A stretch of 64,000 nucleotides of DNA from Eukaryota sp. TZLM1-RC (taxonomy: Eukaryota; Protista; Metamonada: BaSk clade). Positions 1 to 11,884 of this stretch are shown one piece after another. The notes below the pieces were generated by a model that ran no database searches, was not told where the DNA came from, and worked only from the letters and a program-made list of their open reading frames with translations. Where the stretch lies: the NCBI GenBank assembly GCA_040285825.1, contig JAUPSS010000004.1, positions 4,679,784 to 4,743,783 of the forward strand, given 5' to 3'. Position 1 is the stretch's first letter; every line of letters begins with the position of its first letter. The position numbers and the translations under genes were made by a program.

Positions 1-1139
1 CAAAAGTGCTTTTATTGGTGGTATAAAAAATTTTCTTTTTGAATGGAAACTTCGTTTTGATCATATTCCTTTGAATGAATCACATCCTTTTTAATTTCTC
101 TTGAAAAAATGGTGCAAGAACTACCTGTTGATGTTTGGAATAGGAGTTTTCCTTCAAGTTTGCCTGCTGTGCCTTCGAGATCATTCACCAATCTTCATCT
201 TGCTGTTGTGAAATTACAGAAGTCTGTTCTTATTGGTTTTGAAGACCTGGATTTTTCTAAACGACTTAGTGTGACTAAGATTAATAATCCCGTCTTTGCT
301 GCCTTTTTATCAGACATTCAGAACTGTACTAGTTTAATATCTCAGCAACCAAGGCCATTTGGTCTTCACTTAACAAATGAAGCTTGGAAAAAAACATGCG
401 GTTGAGATTAGGGATGTATCCAAGTGGTCTTTTGGACAATTCTTATTGTATTTGTAACAAAAAACCTACTGCCAATTTCCGTCATATTGTGAGCTGTAAG
501 AAATTTCTCCAATATAGGTCAGTTCTTCATAATGCCGTTCGTGATGTGACATATGAGATGTTCAAGTGTTACAATTTTAGTTGCAAAGTAGAACCTTTGT
601 TGAAGCATTATAGTGATGATAATCTGTTTAATTCACGTCGAGGTGATTTAATTGCTCCTTTTGTGGATTCCTCTCAAGTTGTTGTTGATTTCACTACAGT
701 TGATCCCTTTGCTGTTGTTGATCGCGATGATGTTTTACTTAGTACTAATGGTCATTTAAACAAGGCTGAAGATCATAAGAGAGATAAATATACTGAGATA
801 TTAAATGATTTAAATAAGAACCTTTATTCGAAGTTTTCGTTTGTTCCTTTTGCCTTTTCCATTTTTGGCAACATTGGACAATCCGCCTTGAATTTCATCA
901 ATGATTTTGGTAATTTATGTCGTTCAAGTGGTAAGAATTTTGCAGAGAATTTATGGAAAAATCGTATCATTTTCGCTTTGTACAGAAGTGTTCCCAAGTA
1001 CTTGAGTGTAATGATGTCCAAACTTTATAAGGATTCATCACGAGTTGGCGTGGAGAATTTAGTTTCTTATGTGTTTTAGTTTGTTTTGTTTTTATTTGAT
1101 TCATTTTATTTATTTGTGGATTGATTTATTAAAAAAAAT
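1..1139 (+). mobile_element. 3' part of CRE-like non-LTR retrotransposon (family A): CCHC knuckle + RLE, frameshifted
   Basis: ORFs 109-405 and 384-1079 carry MRLRLG, CIC...HIVSC, HNAVRD, RRGDL..VVVDFT, AE..K..KY and FVPFAFSIFGNIG. T-rich 3' UTR and A-run at 1131-1139. Homologous to 30960-32040. Confidence 0.85.
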
Positions 1140-1140
1140 A

Positions 1141-1211
1141 ACAAAACAAAACAAAACAAACTAAAACACATAAGAAACAAAATTCTCCACGCCAACTCTT
1201 GATGAATCCTT
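1141..1211 (-). mobile_element. Tiny 5'-truncated family A 3' end, tail-to-tail with the preceding copy
   Basis: 1150-1211 is the near reverse complement of 1029-1090. At diagnostic bases it matches the 31990-32045 variant (caagagttgg, attttgtttc). Confidence 0.75.
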
Positions 1212-1317
1212 TTATAATAAAATATATTTAAAATATATTTTATCATTTAAAAAAACAATGTTTCCTATTGACAATCAACGTGAAACACTAAGTTTCACCA
1301 CTAAGTTTCACCAACCA

Positions 1318-2450
1318 AAAATCTAAATTTGACAATGCCAATTCAAGACTTGTTATTCCTTACTGTTTAATGTATGTCTCCCACCTAAATACGGTTCTAA
1401 CGGTGATGTTCTCAGTTCAATGAAACTTGTACTTTACACTCCATGACTGTGTCGCATGTTCTTAACATTTATTTGTGGATTCCATATTCTCATTTATTTA
1501 CACTACAAATTAACTGTTGTACATAAGAGTTTTTTAAATACAGGACAGGAGACCCATATGTCGAGTTGAAGTTAAATATCAAAAATTATTTCAAAAAATT
1601 GTTGGAATAATGCTGGTGTCGCCCCACTTCTGGTGAAAGGGAACAATATACAAATTTTATTCTTCACCAGAATCAATTTAATATTTAGGAGAATGTTTTA
1701 ATTTGAATTTTTCAGAGGAACATTAGAATAATTTGTTTGATGTTCTGCATCCGAAAACAACTTGTGGATAAACTAACATCAGAATTGACAAGACAAGTTT
1801 ATTGAAGCAGTATTTTGGAGAGGATAAGCACATTCTAGGTAAAAGGTCAGCTCATCAATGTAATGACCAAAACGTGGGCTTGATTGATGAGACACTATAT
1901 GTGATCTCTATCCCAATTCAACTCCAAAGGCTGCAGATTTGACACATTCATGGAGAATATTTAACTAAAAATTATTTAAATAGTGATGACTATGATCAAA
2001 AAATATTAAATCAATTAAAATTTTGTGTAGAAATCATTCGAAAAAGATCTAAGACCAAAATGATTCTATGCTTCCAATCAGTAGTAAGTGATTCAAGCCC
2101 AGTCGTCATTGGGATTGGAGACTGAGAAAACGAAGACACATGAAATTCAAAGAACCTACCAAAGAAAAATCTTTGAGAATTTTGTTAAAAAGGCTGGTGA
2201 TAAGGTTTTTTAATGAATGAGCTGTTGTTGTTTCCATTGTAAGAAAGCGGAAAAAACAATTTTTTTAAAACTTGACGGCGCTGATATCCAAAAGTTTGAA
2301 GGACAAATGAGATTTCCATTCATTACAGGCTTACCATGTGTAAATTACACGAAAGTTTGTGGAATATAGATCGAAATGCTTTGTTGAATATGTTGGCCGT
2401 ATGGAAGCACATGTAAATGGTGGAGATAGACCAGTATACCTAGAGAATGC
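1318..2450 (+). pseudogene. Decayed, internally deleted exonuclease-Fanzor1 gene
   Basis: Manual translation across stops and frameshifts: KSKFDNANSRLVIPYCL..KLVLY-LHDCVAC (ExoIII-like, 1319-1459); FDVLHPKT..IRIDKTSL; LSQFNSKGCRFDTFME; YDQKILNQLKF..RKRSKTKMI..VVIGIGD..MKFKEPTKEKSLR..KAGDKVF..NE..SCCCFHC (RuvC-II/Zn); LWNIDRNALLNMLAV..GGDRPVYL (RuvC-III, ~2357-2442). Confidence 0.75.
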
Positions 2451-2653
2451 CATAAGGATGAAGATTCCCTGTCATGGATAAGACGAAGCTGGAACTCTTG
2501 CTTACTGTTGTAAACAGAGTTTGTTTCCAGGGGAGCAATATCAAGGGTAAACATGATATATTAACAGTGGTAATTAGACAAATGTGATGGCATAAGGACA
2601 ATTTGAAAAGCCAAATGATTCGTATCCTTCATCTAATCTGAATATCTGTAAGA

Positions 2654-3403
2654 ATGGGCATTTCCCCCTCCCAAAAAGTTTTACTAAACCGATTACTCAA
2701 GGAGGCCTCGCAGCTTGTTCTAGAAAATGATCTCGAAGAAGCTGTCGTCTTATTCTCTAAAGCATTAGTTATTGATTCCACCAATCTAGTTGCACTTTCC
2801 AAACGCTCCTCAGTATTTCTGCAACTTGGCCTCAATGAATCGGCACTAACTGATGCTCAGAATGCACTTTCTTCCCATCCCAGTAGTCCAAAAGCACATT
2901 TATCTCTTGCAAAGGTTCTTATAAAAATCAAGGATTTTGAGAATGTATCAGCACTACTATCAAACCTGCGATTACTCACCTGTTCTGATGCTTTACTTGA
3001 TGAAGCCTCTTTGCTTGAAAGTCAGCTTCCTTTAAGTTACCAAGCGCATGACTCGCCTCCCCTCGAACCCTGGTCACCTCAATCATTTACGCAATCAATC
3101 AGACCGCTTTCCTTATCCACACCAAAAACAGAAAGTCCGTCCTTCACGAGTTCTAGGCGGTTGAAAACTCCAAAGAAACCCCCTGCTCCCAAAATAGAAA
3201 CAGTTGCTTTTGATACTAGCCCAGCTTCAGTCTATCTGGAAAAAACCCAAAAATCAGCCAAATTTAGTGTCGATTCTTTGAAAATTGATTCAGGAAAACA
3301 CAGTGAATTTAGGGAACATTTATTTAATAAAATACAAAATCAATTAGAGGAGTCAAAAATAGCGAATTTTGAGCTACTAGATTGGGAAAATAGACAAAAA
3401 TAA
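2654..3403 (+). CDS. TPR-repeat protein with Ser/Pro-rich C-terminus
   Basis: 249 aa intact ORF with TPR pattern (EAVVLFSKAL..D..N..ALSKRS..FLQLG...AL.DA..AL...P..PKAH..LA). Confidence 0.8.
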   Translation: MGISPSQKVLLNRLLKEASQLVLENDLEEAVVLFSKALVIDSTNLVALSKRSSVFLQLGLNESALTDAQNALSSHPSSPKAHLSLAKVLIKIKDFENVSALLSNLRLLTCSDALLDEASLLESQLPLSYQAHDSPPLEPWSPQSFTQSIRPLSLSTPKTESPSFTSSRRLKTPKKPPAPKIETVAFDTSPASVYLEKTQKSAKFSVDSLKIDSGKHSEFREHLFNKIQNQLEESKIANFELLDWENRQK

Positions 3404-3410
3404 CAGTAAG

Positions 3411-5498
3411 TTATTCAGACAACATGTTTAAAGATAGCATTATAAAGTAAATAAAATTACAAAGAGCCAAATACTCATTTGAATTGATGATTTCTTCTTT
3501 TTCCTTAATATTAATCCCAAAATCATTTAATAAAAACAGTAAATTATTAAACCATTCTTTCATTACCCTCGGTTCTTGGTCATTTTCTTTGAACTCGTCT
3601 ACATCACTACCTAATTCAAGTCTATAGCAAACAGTGTTAGATTCGATATAGACATGCCAGCTGAGGCTCAAATCATCTGTTAGTTCTTCTTTTACTGGTT
3701 CTTCCACAACTTCCATTCTACTTGGTGATGAAGCCCTTGAAGGCGGTCTTTTACCCTTTTCCTTCTTGCCTCCCTTTGATCCCTTTCCTCCCTTCTTTTT
3801 CTTTTTTGGTATAGGTGTGGGAGCAGGAGGAGGGGGTTGAGGAAGAGACATCATAGCCTCAGCAGGGAATGGTTCGTCTGGATTATGATTGGCGAGTTTG
3901 ATTGTGAATTGATTAGAATTGGGGGTCAGAGAGTTAAACTTGGAAGACATTATTGAAATGAATGGACAAGAAAGGGAAATTTGACGTCGTGCTAAATCCA
4001 AGTCTTCTGGATTCTTGGTAATTTGACCCTCTTTCTGACCCTGATCACGTGATAGATCAAACAGCCCAGGAACTAACAAACCCTTAGTTATTGCAGAGTA
4101 GACAAATTCTTCAATATTGTTATAAACCTTATCCCCAATCAATATTCCCTTGTCTGTTATAGACAAATTAACATTCTTCTCGCCATAATCAATATTCAAA
4201 TCAACCTTGTTTTCTTCTATTGGCACTAGCGACCAATCTTTAATAGTAGGATAATAAGGTTTAAACAAAGCAAAAGCTCCCACTTCGACACAAGCAAATC
4301 GAACAACCATCAAATCCTCATCAATCACATGATCAATCACGTCATCAAAACTCCATTGATTGAGATCTTGATTGAACCTTCCAACCACCAATTCTTTACA
4401 ATCCAAGTCTTTATCCAAAGGTATCTGGTATTGCAACTCTGGCAAATCTCGGCTTACACTGCTAACAGTTTTCTTATGTGTTGATCCCGTACTTAACAAA
4501 GGAGGAGGATATTGTTTTCTGACAGGACTGGAGAAATGACTTGACGTTTCAAGGATAGTCCAGTCGCCAGCTTGTTTTTTGATCGATGGTAACGTCAACA
4601 GTTCAAAATAAAAGATTGATGAAACTCTTGTGTGACCCTGAGAACACTCAAAAGAAGGCCAATTAGGGTGATTAATCATTTCCCTTTCAATTAAAAAAGG
4701 ATTGAATGGTAAAACTAAATTTCTTATAGCAATTCTTTCAAATGGTAAAGATTGAACAACACCACTTTTTGGAAGATCAATATAGGTTTTTGATTTGGAA
4801 AAGTTGATTCCATCAATTCTAGAGGCATTTGACACATTGATCCAAATGCCAAGTGAAATATTCGAATCATCCGTGCTGAACTCATGTTGAAATTGAGGTG
4901 AGGAAGGAGTAGAGGAAAGGATTTCTTGCGAAGTCAAGACTGATGATGTCAGCTTATTGAGCTTTGAGTATATTAGATGATGGAGTGAATGGCAGTGATT
5001 TAATAGGCGGTCATAAGCCTGATTATTGAGCCGATCACGTATTGCCACGTGTTGATTGTACAAAGAAACCTGGTGCGCAAAAGAAAAGCGTTCAAAAAGA
5101 GACTCAATTGACTCATTCTCCTGTAGGTCTGTCCATATTGAAATAAAAGAGTTTATGTCCTTTTCACTGAGTGTGGTTTTGGTGGGATCTAGAATTGAAT
5201 GCAAGTATTGTTCATGTTCGGCTTTTTCTAACATGTTTTTGTACAAAGATGATTGTGCATTGATTAGGGAATGTAGAAGCTGTGATTGTTCTGAGAATGT
5301 AGACGACAGCGACTCTAGACGGTTGGACACGTATTCGTTAAAGATGCGAATAGCTTCTTCACGTTGTCGACGTGCTTCTTCTTCAGCCTCTTGACGTAGT
5401 CTTTCAGCTTCAAGTTCTTTTTGTCTAGCTATTTCCGCTAATTCTTCTTCGGATAGGACCTTCTTTTTCTTTTTAGGTGATTTAGCTTTAGGAGGCAT
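3411..5498 (-). CDS. DNAI7: CASC1/DNAI7 (IC97/Las1)-like axonemal dynein intermediate chain
   Basis: 695 aa ORF: MPPK..KKKKK start, charged coiled coil, EQYL..DP....IN.FISIW, GIWINV, F.LL.LP..K..G.W, as in the CASC1 family. Confidence 0.65.
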   Translation of the reverse strand: MPPKAKSPKKKKKVLSEEELAEIARQKELEAERLRQEAEEEARRQREEAIRIFNEYVSNRLESLSSTFSEQSQLLHSLINAQSSLYKNMLEKAEHEQYLHSILDPTKTTLSEKDINSFISIWTDLQENESIESLFERFSFAHQVSLYNQHVAIRDRLNNQAYDRLLNHCHSLHHLIYSKLNKLTSSVLTSQEILSSTPSSPQFQHEFSTDDSNISLGIWINVSNASRIDGINFSKSKTYIDLPKSGVVQSLPFERIAIRNLVLPFNPFLIEREMINHPNWPSFECSQGHTRVSSIFYFELLTLPSIKKQAGDWTILETSSHFSSPVRKQYPPPLLSTGSTHKKTVSSVSRDLPELQYQIPLDKDLDCKELVVGRFNQDLNQWSFDDVIDHVIDEDLMVVRFACVEVGAFALFKPYYPTIKDWSLVPIEENKVDLNIDYGEKNVNLSITDKGILIGDKVYNNIEEFVYSAITKGLLVPGLFDLSRDQGQKEGQITKNPEDLDLARRQISLSCPFISIMSSKFNSLTPNSNQFTIKLANHNPDEPFPAEAMMSLPQPPPPAPTPIPKKKKKGGKGSKGGKKEKGKRPPSRASSPSRMEVVEEPVKEELTDDLSLSWHVYIESNTVCYRLELGSDVDEFKENDQEPRVMKEWFNNLLFLLNDFGINIKEKEEIINSNEYLALCNFIYFIMLSLNMLSE

Positions 5499-6744
5499 CG
5501 GTTAAAGGTAGAAAAAGTCAAATAGCAGTAACTTGTTGAGATTACTGGATGTTGATAAAATGAATAAAGTTCTTTCATTTCCAACTACACACCCCATTGC
5601 TGTTGCTCGAGTGTACTTAGCATCAACAACTAGTTCCATATGAGTTGTGATGGTAATCTCTGCATTCGTGTTTATGGTTTATTCCATTGGAATGAACTAT
5701 TCTCAGAAAACTACAATAATACTAAATTATTTGAACACAGAAAGTCTTAACTAATTTGAATCAATTTATTGAAAATCTGGAAATTGGTAATGTACCTAGT
5801 AATGTGATCACAAACAGTTGTTTTGTACAAAATTTCAAAACTGTCCGTGTAAACAATGTCTTCTAAGATGATTTTTCACATCAAGCTTCATTCTTTCGTG
5901 GATGGTGGAAACAAGACATATGTTTCGAATCTGAAAAAATATCCCTTCATTAAATTGTCAAGATGCTGAAAAACATTTGTTAAGATTTTGAACCAATAGA
6001 CTCAGTGGTGAGGTGCATTTTCAATACTGTTAGCGAAACTAGCACATCATCCATTACCACTACATCACATACAGTAACTTGAAATGTGGAGATGGATTAA
6101 CTAAACATACGTGACACAACAAATACACTATCAGCGGAACGTCTAACCCCAAACACAAGAAGACCAAGCAAAAGAGCCACTAATAGTAAAAAAGAAGTCG
6201 CCAATGCACCACACGCTTCTACGGAGCCGACATCTCAGAGCTGCGATCTTGATCATGTCTGAATTGTAGGTTTTGAGTGTTCCTTGATACAGGCCTCCTC
6301 CTTTCCCCACAACCAACGTTGAGGTCCAACTACCATTCGACAGTGTACCACAACGACTCAGTCACATCCAAGACAACTCGTCGTCGATGACAGAGAACCA
6401 CAGTTGACATTGCAATGCAGAGGCTTCCACTACCGGGGCAGATCCATCACAGACCGGCACTTCTGTAGGTATGCGAAATTGAAGAATTTGAGACATGTAA
6501 AATGCAACTCCATTGCGCGGAAAAATTATTCCTCATTGATTTCTTTCACAATGAAGATGGTCGTTTGAAATGATCGATCCACTCTGTTGTGTGTTCCTCC
6601 TTGTGCACTACAATTTGAATTCCGTAATTCGTAATGCACTGATAAATATATGGTATGATTTGTGTCAAAAAGGAAAAGCATCAATAACATCAACAATGAA
6701 TAACAATTCTTCAATATTGTGTCTCAATTTTCCAATAAGTGACA

Positions 6745-6935
6745 AGTTGACAAGTGACAAAATAAACCTCCATATAATGGGACGAAATTCCTTGATCCAT
6801 GATTCTCTTTACGAAATTTTGAACTGCTGGTTTTCTTATTATACTTCTTTGATTTGATAATAAAAGGAGGGCATTCTAGTGTTGATGGAAAATATAATTC
6901 AAAAATGTCATCAAAAGAAAACAATCCTCTTCATT
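6745..6935 (-). mobile_element. Degenerate 3' end of CRE-like family B
   Basis: taatgggacgaaattc..gattctctttacgaaattttga resembles the family B terminus seen at 7640-7690. Confidence 0.55.
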
Positions 6936-7075
6936 GTGCTTTCTTGAACCGTTTTTTGGTACTGAAACAAATTTCCTGCTCCTGGTAGTGCTTGAACAAA
7001 CACTTTGAAAGGATAACAACAAAACACATGTTTAATCGTAGTTGTTCAGCAACTACAAACTGGACACCACAAGTT

Positions 7076-10000
7076 TGGCCTTTCTGTATCACTGTTTGAA
7101 AAAACAATCATTGTTTGAATGTGAGTGTCTGTTGAGGACTTTCTGCTTCATTTTTCAACAAATTAAAATATTTGATAAATATGTATGAAATGGGATATGT
7201 TCTGGTAATTCTGTTTTCCGATTGGAATCTTGCAACTTCTATTTATATTTCCATTTTAACATCTTGGGCAATTTTTGTATTTGGCTTCCATTGTTTATTC
7301 GAACAATAACAGCTGTACGTTGTATTATTTTCTATTTGAATTCTTTACACAATGCAATACGTACAATATTGACAAACTAGGATATGTGTTCAAAGAAGCT
7401 TGGTAAGCAAGTAGCGAATTGAGCTCAAATTTTACCTTGCAACATGAACGACCATTTTGGACACATAACAAAGAACAGTGTTGAGAATGATCAGAGACGA
7501 AGCTAAATGTCTTTGTGATAATAATATTAATATTAAGTTCATAGCTGTTTTACACTTTTTCTCTGACCATTTTCACTTTTTGACCCAATGTACTTATGAT
7601 TTATTGAACTTGTGAACTTAACAAAATAATCTCATAACTAATGGGACGAAATTCAATGAATTAAGATTTCTTTTACAAAATCTTGATCTGCATGATGTCT
7701 AGCTAAAGCTTCTCTAATTCGATTGAAACACCGAAGCAATCTATTAATAATGGCAAATTGAATTCGAGAGCACCATGAAAAGATATCAACTCTTTTCATT
7801 GTTTTTTCTTGAACCATTTTTTTGAAAATCATTCAAAAAAGTTCCTGCTTCTACTGATAGTCTTCCGTTTATAGAAAATGGGAAAACAATAGAAACAAGT
7901 GGTCTATCTCTTTCAGCATTAGCTTCTTCAATGTCTATGTCATATTTTCTATGTTTTTCGTGGGCCTTAAATTTGAAAACATCTACAGGATTATGTTTTC
8001 TTGTTTGAACCAAAGTGTCATTTGCAACATTACATAAGTCAAAATCAACAACAGTCTCAGAGTTCTCAATCCAATCACAGTATATAGCACCTCTATTATC
8101 AGAGCCAAAATAGTTCAATGACAGTGATTCGTTCAGCAGAGGCTCTTTAATACACGATGGCCTTTCTGTATCACTGTTTGAAAAAACAATCATTGTTTGA
8201 ATGTGAGTGTCTGTTGAGGACTTTCTGCTTCATTTTTCAACAAATTAAAATATTTGATAAATATGTATGAAATGGGATATGTTCTGGTAATTCTGTTTTC
8301 CGATTGGAATCTTGCAACTTCTATTTATATTTCCATTTTAACATCTTGGGCAATTTTTGTATTTGGCTTCCATTGTTTATTCGAACAATAACAGCTGTAC
8401 GTTGTATTATTTTCTATTTGAATTCTTTACACAATGCAATACGTACAATATTGACAAACTAGGATATGTGTTCAAAGAAGCTTGGTAAGCAAGTAGCGAA
8501 TTGAGCTCAAATTTTACCTTGCAACATGAACGACCATTTTGGACACGTAACAAAGAACAGTGTTGAGAATGATCAGAGACGAAGCTAAATGTCTTTGTGA
8601 TAATAATATTAATATTAAGTTCATAGCTTTTTTACACTTTTTCTCTGACCATTTTCACTTTTTGACCCAATGTACTTATGATTTATTGAACTTGTGAACT
8701 TAACAAAATAATCTCATAACTAATGGGACGAAATTCAATGAATTAAGATTTCTTTTACAAAATCTTGATCTGCATGATGTCTAGCTAAAGCTTCTCTAAT
8801 TCGATTGAAAAACCGAAGCAATCTATTAATAATGGCAAATTGAATTCGAGAGCACCATGAAAAGATATCAACTCATTTCATTGTTTTTTCTTGAACCATT
8901 TTTTTGAAAATCATTCAAAAAAGTTCCTGCTTCTACTGATAGTCTTCCGTTTATAGAAAATGGGAAAACAATAGAAACAAGTGGTCTATCTCTTTCAGCA
9001 TTAGCTTCTTCAATGTCTATGTCATATTTTCTATGTTTTTCGTGGGCCTTAAATTTGAAAACATCTACAGGATTATGTTTTCTTGTTTGAACCAAAGTGT
9101 CATTTGCAACATTACATAAGTCAAAATCAACAACAGTCTCAGAGTTCTCAATCCAATCACAGTATATAGCACCTCTATTATCAGAGCCAAAATTGTTCAA
9201 TGACAGTGATTCGTTCAGCAGAGGCTCTTTAATACACCATGGCCTTTCTGTATCACTGTTTGAAAAAACAATCATTGTTTGAATGTGAGTGTCTGTTGAG
9301 GACTTTCTGCTTCATTTTTCAACAAATTAAAATATTTGATAAATATGTATGAAATGGGATATGTTCTGGTAATTCTGTTTTCCGATTGGAATCTTGCAAC
9401 TTCTATTTATATTTCCATTTTAACATCTTGGGCAATTTTTGTATTTGGCTTCCATTGTTTATTCGAACAATAACAGCTGTACGTTGTATTATTTTCTATT
9501 TGAATTCTTTACACAATGCAATACGTACAATATTGACAAACTAGGATATGTGTTCAAAGAAGCTTGGTAAGCAAGTAGCGAATTGAGCTCAAATTTTACC
9601 TTGCAACATGAACGACCATTTTGGACACGTAACAAAGAACAGTGTTGAGAATGATCAGAGACGAAGCTAAATGTCTTTGTGACAATAATATTAATATTAA
9701 GTTCATAGCTGTTTTACACTTTTTCTCTGACCATTTTCACTTTTTGACCCAATGTACTTATGATTTATTGAACTTGTGAACTTAACAAAATAATCTCATA
9801 ACTAATGGGACGAAATTCAATGAATTAAGATTTCTTTTACAAAATCTTGATCTGCATGATGTCTAGCTAAAGCTTCTCTAATTCGATTGAAAAACCGAAG
9901 CAATCTATTAATAATGGCAAATTGAATTCGAGAGCACCATGAAAAGATATCAACTCATTTCATTGTTTTTTCTTGAACCATTTTTTTGAAAATCATTCAA

Positions 10001-10805
10001 AAAAGTTCCTGCTTCTACTGATAGTCTTCCGTTTATAGAAAATGGGAAAACAATAGAAACAAGTGGTCTATCTCTTTCAGCATTAGCTTCTTCAATGTCT
10101 ATGTCATATTTTCTATGTTTTTCGTGGGCCTTAAATTTGAAAACATCTACAGGATTATGTTTTCTTGTTTGAACCAAAGTGTCATTTGCAACATTACATA
10201 AGTCAAAATCAACAACAGTCTCAGAGTTCTCAATCCAATCACAGTATATAGCACCTCTATTATCAGAGCCAAAATTGTTCAATGACAGTGATTCGTTCAG
10301 CAGAGGCTCTTTAATACACCATGGCCTTTCTGTATCACTGTTTGAAAAAACAATCATTGTTTGAATGTGAGTGTCTGTTGAGGACTTTCTGCTTCATTTT
10401 TCAACAAATTAAAATATTTGATAAATATGTATGAAATGGGATATGTTCTGGTAATTCTGTTTTCCGATTGGAATCTTGCAACTTCTATTGATATTTCCAT
10501 TTTAACATCTTGGGCAATTTTTGTATTTGGCTTCCATTGTTTATTCGAACAATAACAGCTGTACGTTGTATTATTTTCTATTTGAATTCTTTACACAATG
10601 CAATACGTACAATATTGACAAACTAGGATATGTGTTCAAAGAAGCTTGGTAAGCAAGTAGCGAATTGAGCTCAAATTTTACCTTGCAACATGAACGACCA
10701 TTTTGGACACGTTGAGAATGATCAGAGACGAAACTAAATGTCTTTGTGATAATAATATTAATATTAAGTTCATAGCTGTTTTACACTTTTTGTCTGACCA
10801 TTTTC
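7076..10805. repeat. Tandem array of ~3.5 x 1082 bp units (~520 bp flanking DNA + ~560 bp family B RLE 3' end on minus strand)
   Basis: tggcctttctgtatcactgtttg recurs at 7076, 8158, 9240 and 10322. Near-identical 135-aa RLE ORFs at 7786, 8868 and 9950. Confidence 0.95.
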
Positions 10806-11812
10806 ACAGTATACATCACCTCTATCATCAGAACCAAAATTATTCAGAGAATGTGTTTCCTTCAGCAGAGGCTCTTTGATACACGATATTCTTGCAGTTT
10901 GTGCCATATTGAAAACAGCGTCTCTAACAGCATCATGTAATGAAGAACGATAGGTTATCAATTTAGAATTTAGTCAGAGCATGACGCAAAGTGAGCAGAG
11001 GTGAATTCGAACAAATACATTTTTTTTCATAATAATTGATTAATGGGAATATTCAAATATAATCTCATTTTTGTTACAAACGCTTCATCATCAGCAGACA
11101 GTCCAAATCTTCGTGGTACAATGGTTACAAAAAGTGAAGAATCTGATGACTTATTTTCACAAACACCTTTTTCCAATAACAATGAGTGGAGATCTTGATT
11201 TAAAACAGCCGAGCTGCATATATTTTCACAAACATCATTTTCATACATTCCAGTCCATCGTTTCTGTAATGTTCGAAGAGTGTATTTTAAATTTAAACAA
11301 TTCTTGTCTGGAATATTGGTATTGAATGATTGGGGAAAGCATCGACTACATTTTTCTACATCGATTTTTGAAATTTGCTCATTTAATGCAAAAACAGTGG
11401 AACTTTGCGCTGTCATTAATTAATGTTCCTAATCTGCAAATTTTTCAGAAAACTCAAAGATTGCATTTCTGCATCAACCGATGAAAGGACACAAAGTAAG
11501 AATTGAGGCCTTTGTCCAACCTAAACCGCCATAATGTGAACTGAGATAAGCATGATCAGGAATTTGGAATTTTTTACATTCTAGTAATTGGGACAACACT
11601 TTTGCACGTAATTCATTGAACTTCTGAACCAAAGGCCTAATGATAATAGGATTTGTTGATCGAAATACATGATTAAAATTGGAATTGAAACACAGTCTTA
11701 TAATGTTAAATTTAATATGTTTCTGTATATCTAAAGTCATCATTCGGGCAACTTTATCGGAAATTGATTTCAACTTTCGCAACAATTCTTTGGTAACTTC
11801 ATCATTATCCAA
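10805..11812 (-). mobile_element. 5'-truncated, frameshifted CRE-like family B fragment
   Basis: ORFs 11474-11812, 11027-11416 and 10770-10961 are homologous to the 453-aa ORF at 51448. Confidence 0.9.
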
Positions 11813-11884
11813 TGTTCAATACATGATTTTGACTCCAATTGTATTTCCAAGTTGAAAACATTTATTTTTGATTAAACTCAAATT

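Noticed and set aside
5520-6500. GC-richer stretch that looks like a decayed gene
   Set aside because: Multiple stops in all frames and no motif I can identify.
7570-7595. Tc1-like TIR (TACATTGGGTCAAAAAGT, minus strand)
   Set aside because: No matching opposite end found; ACATTGG is better explained as the TSD of the family B insertion.
7076-10805. CRISPR-like array
   Set aside because: Units are ~1.1 kb and near-identical, with no unique spacers; eukaryotic context.
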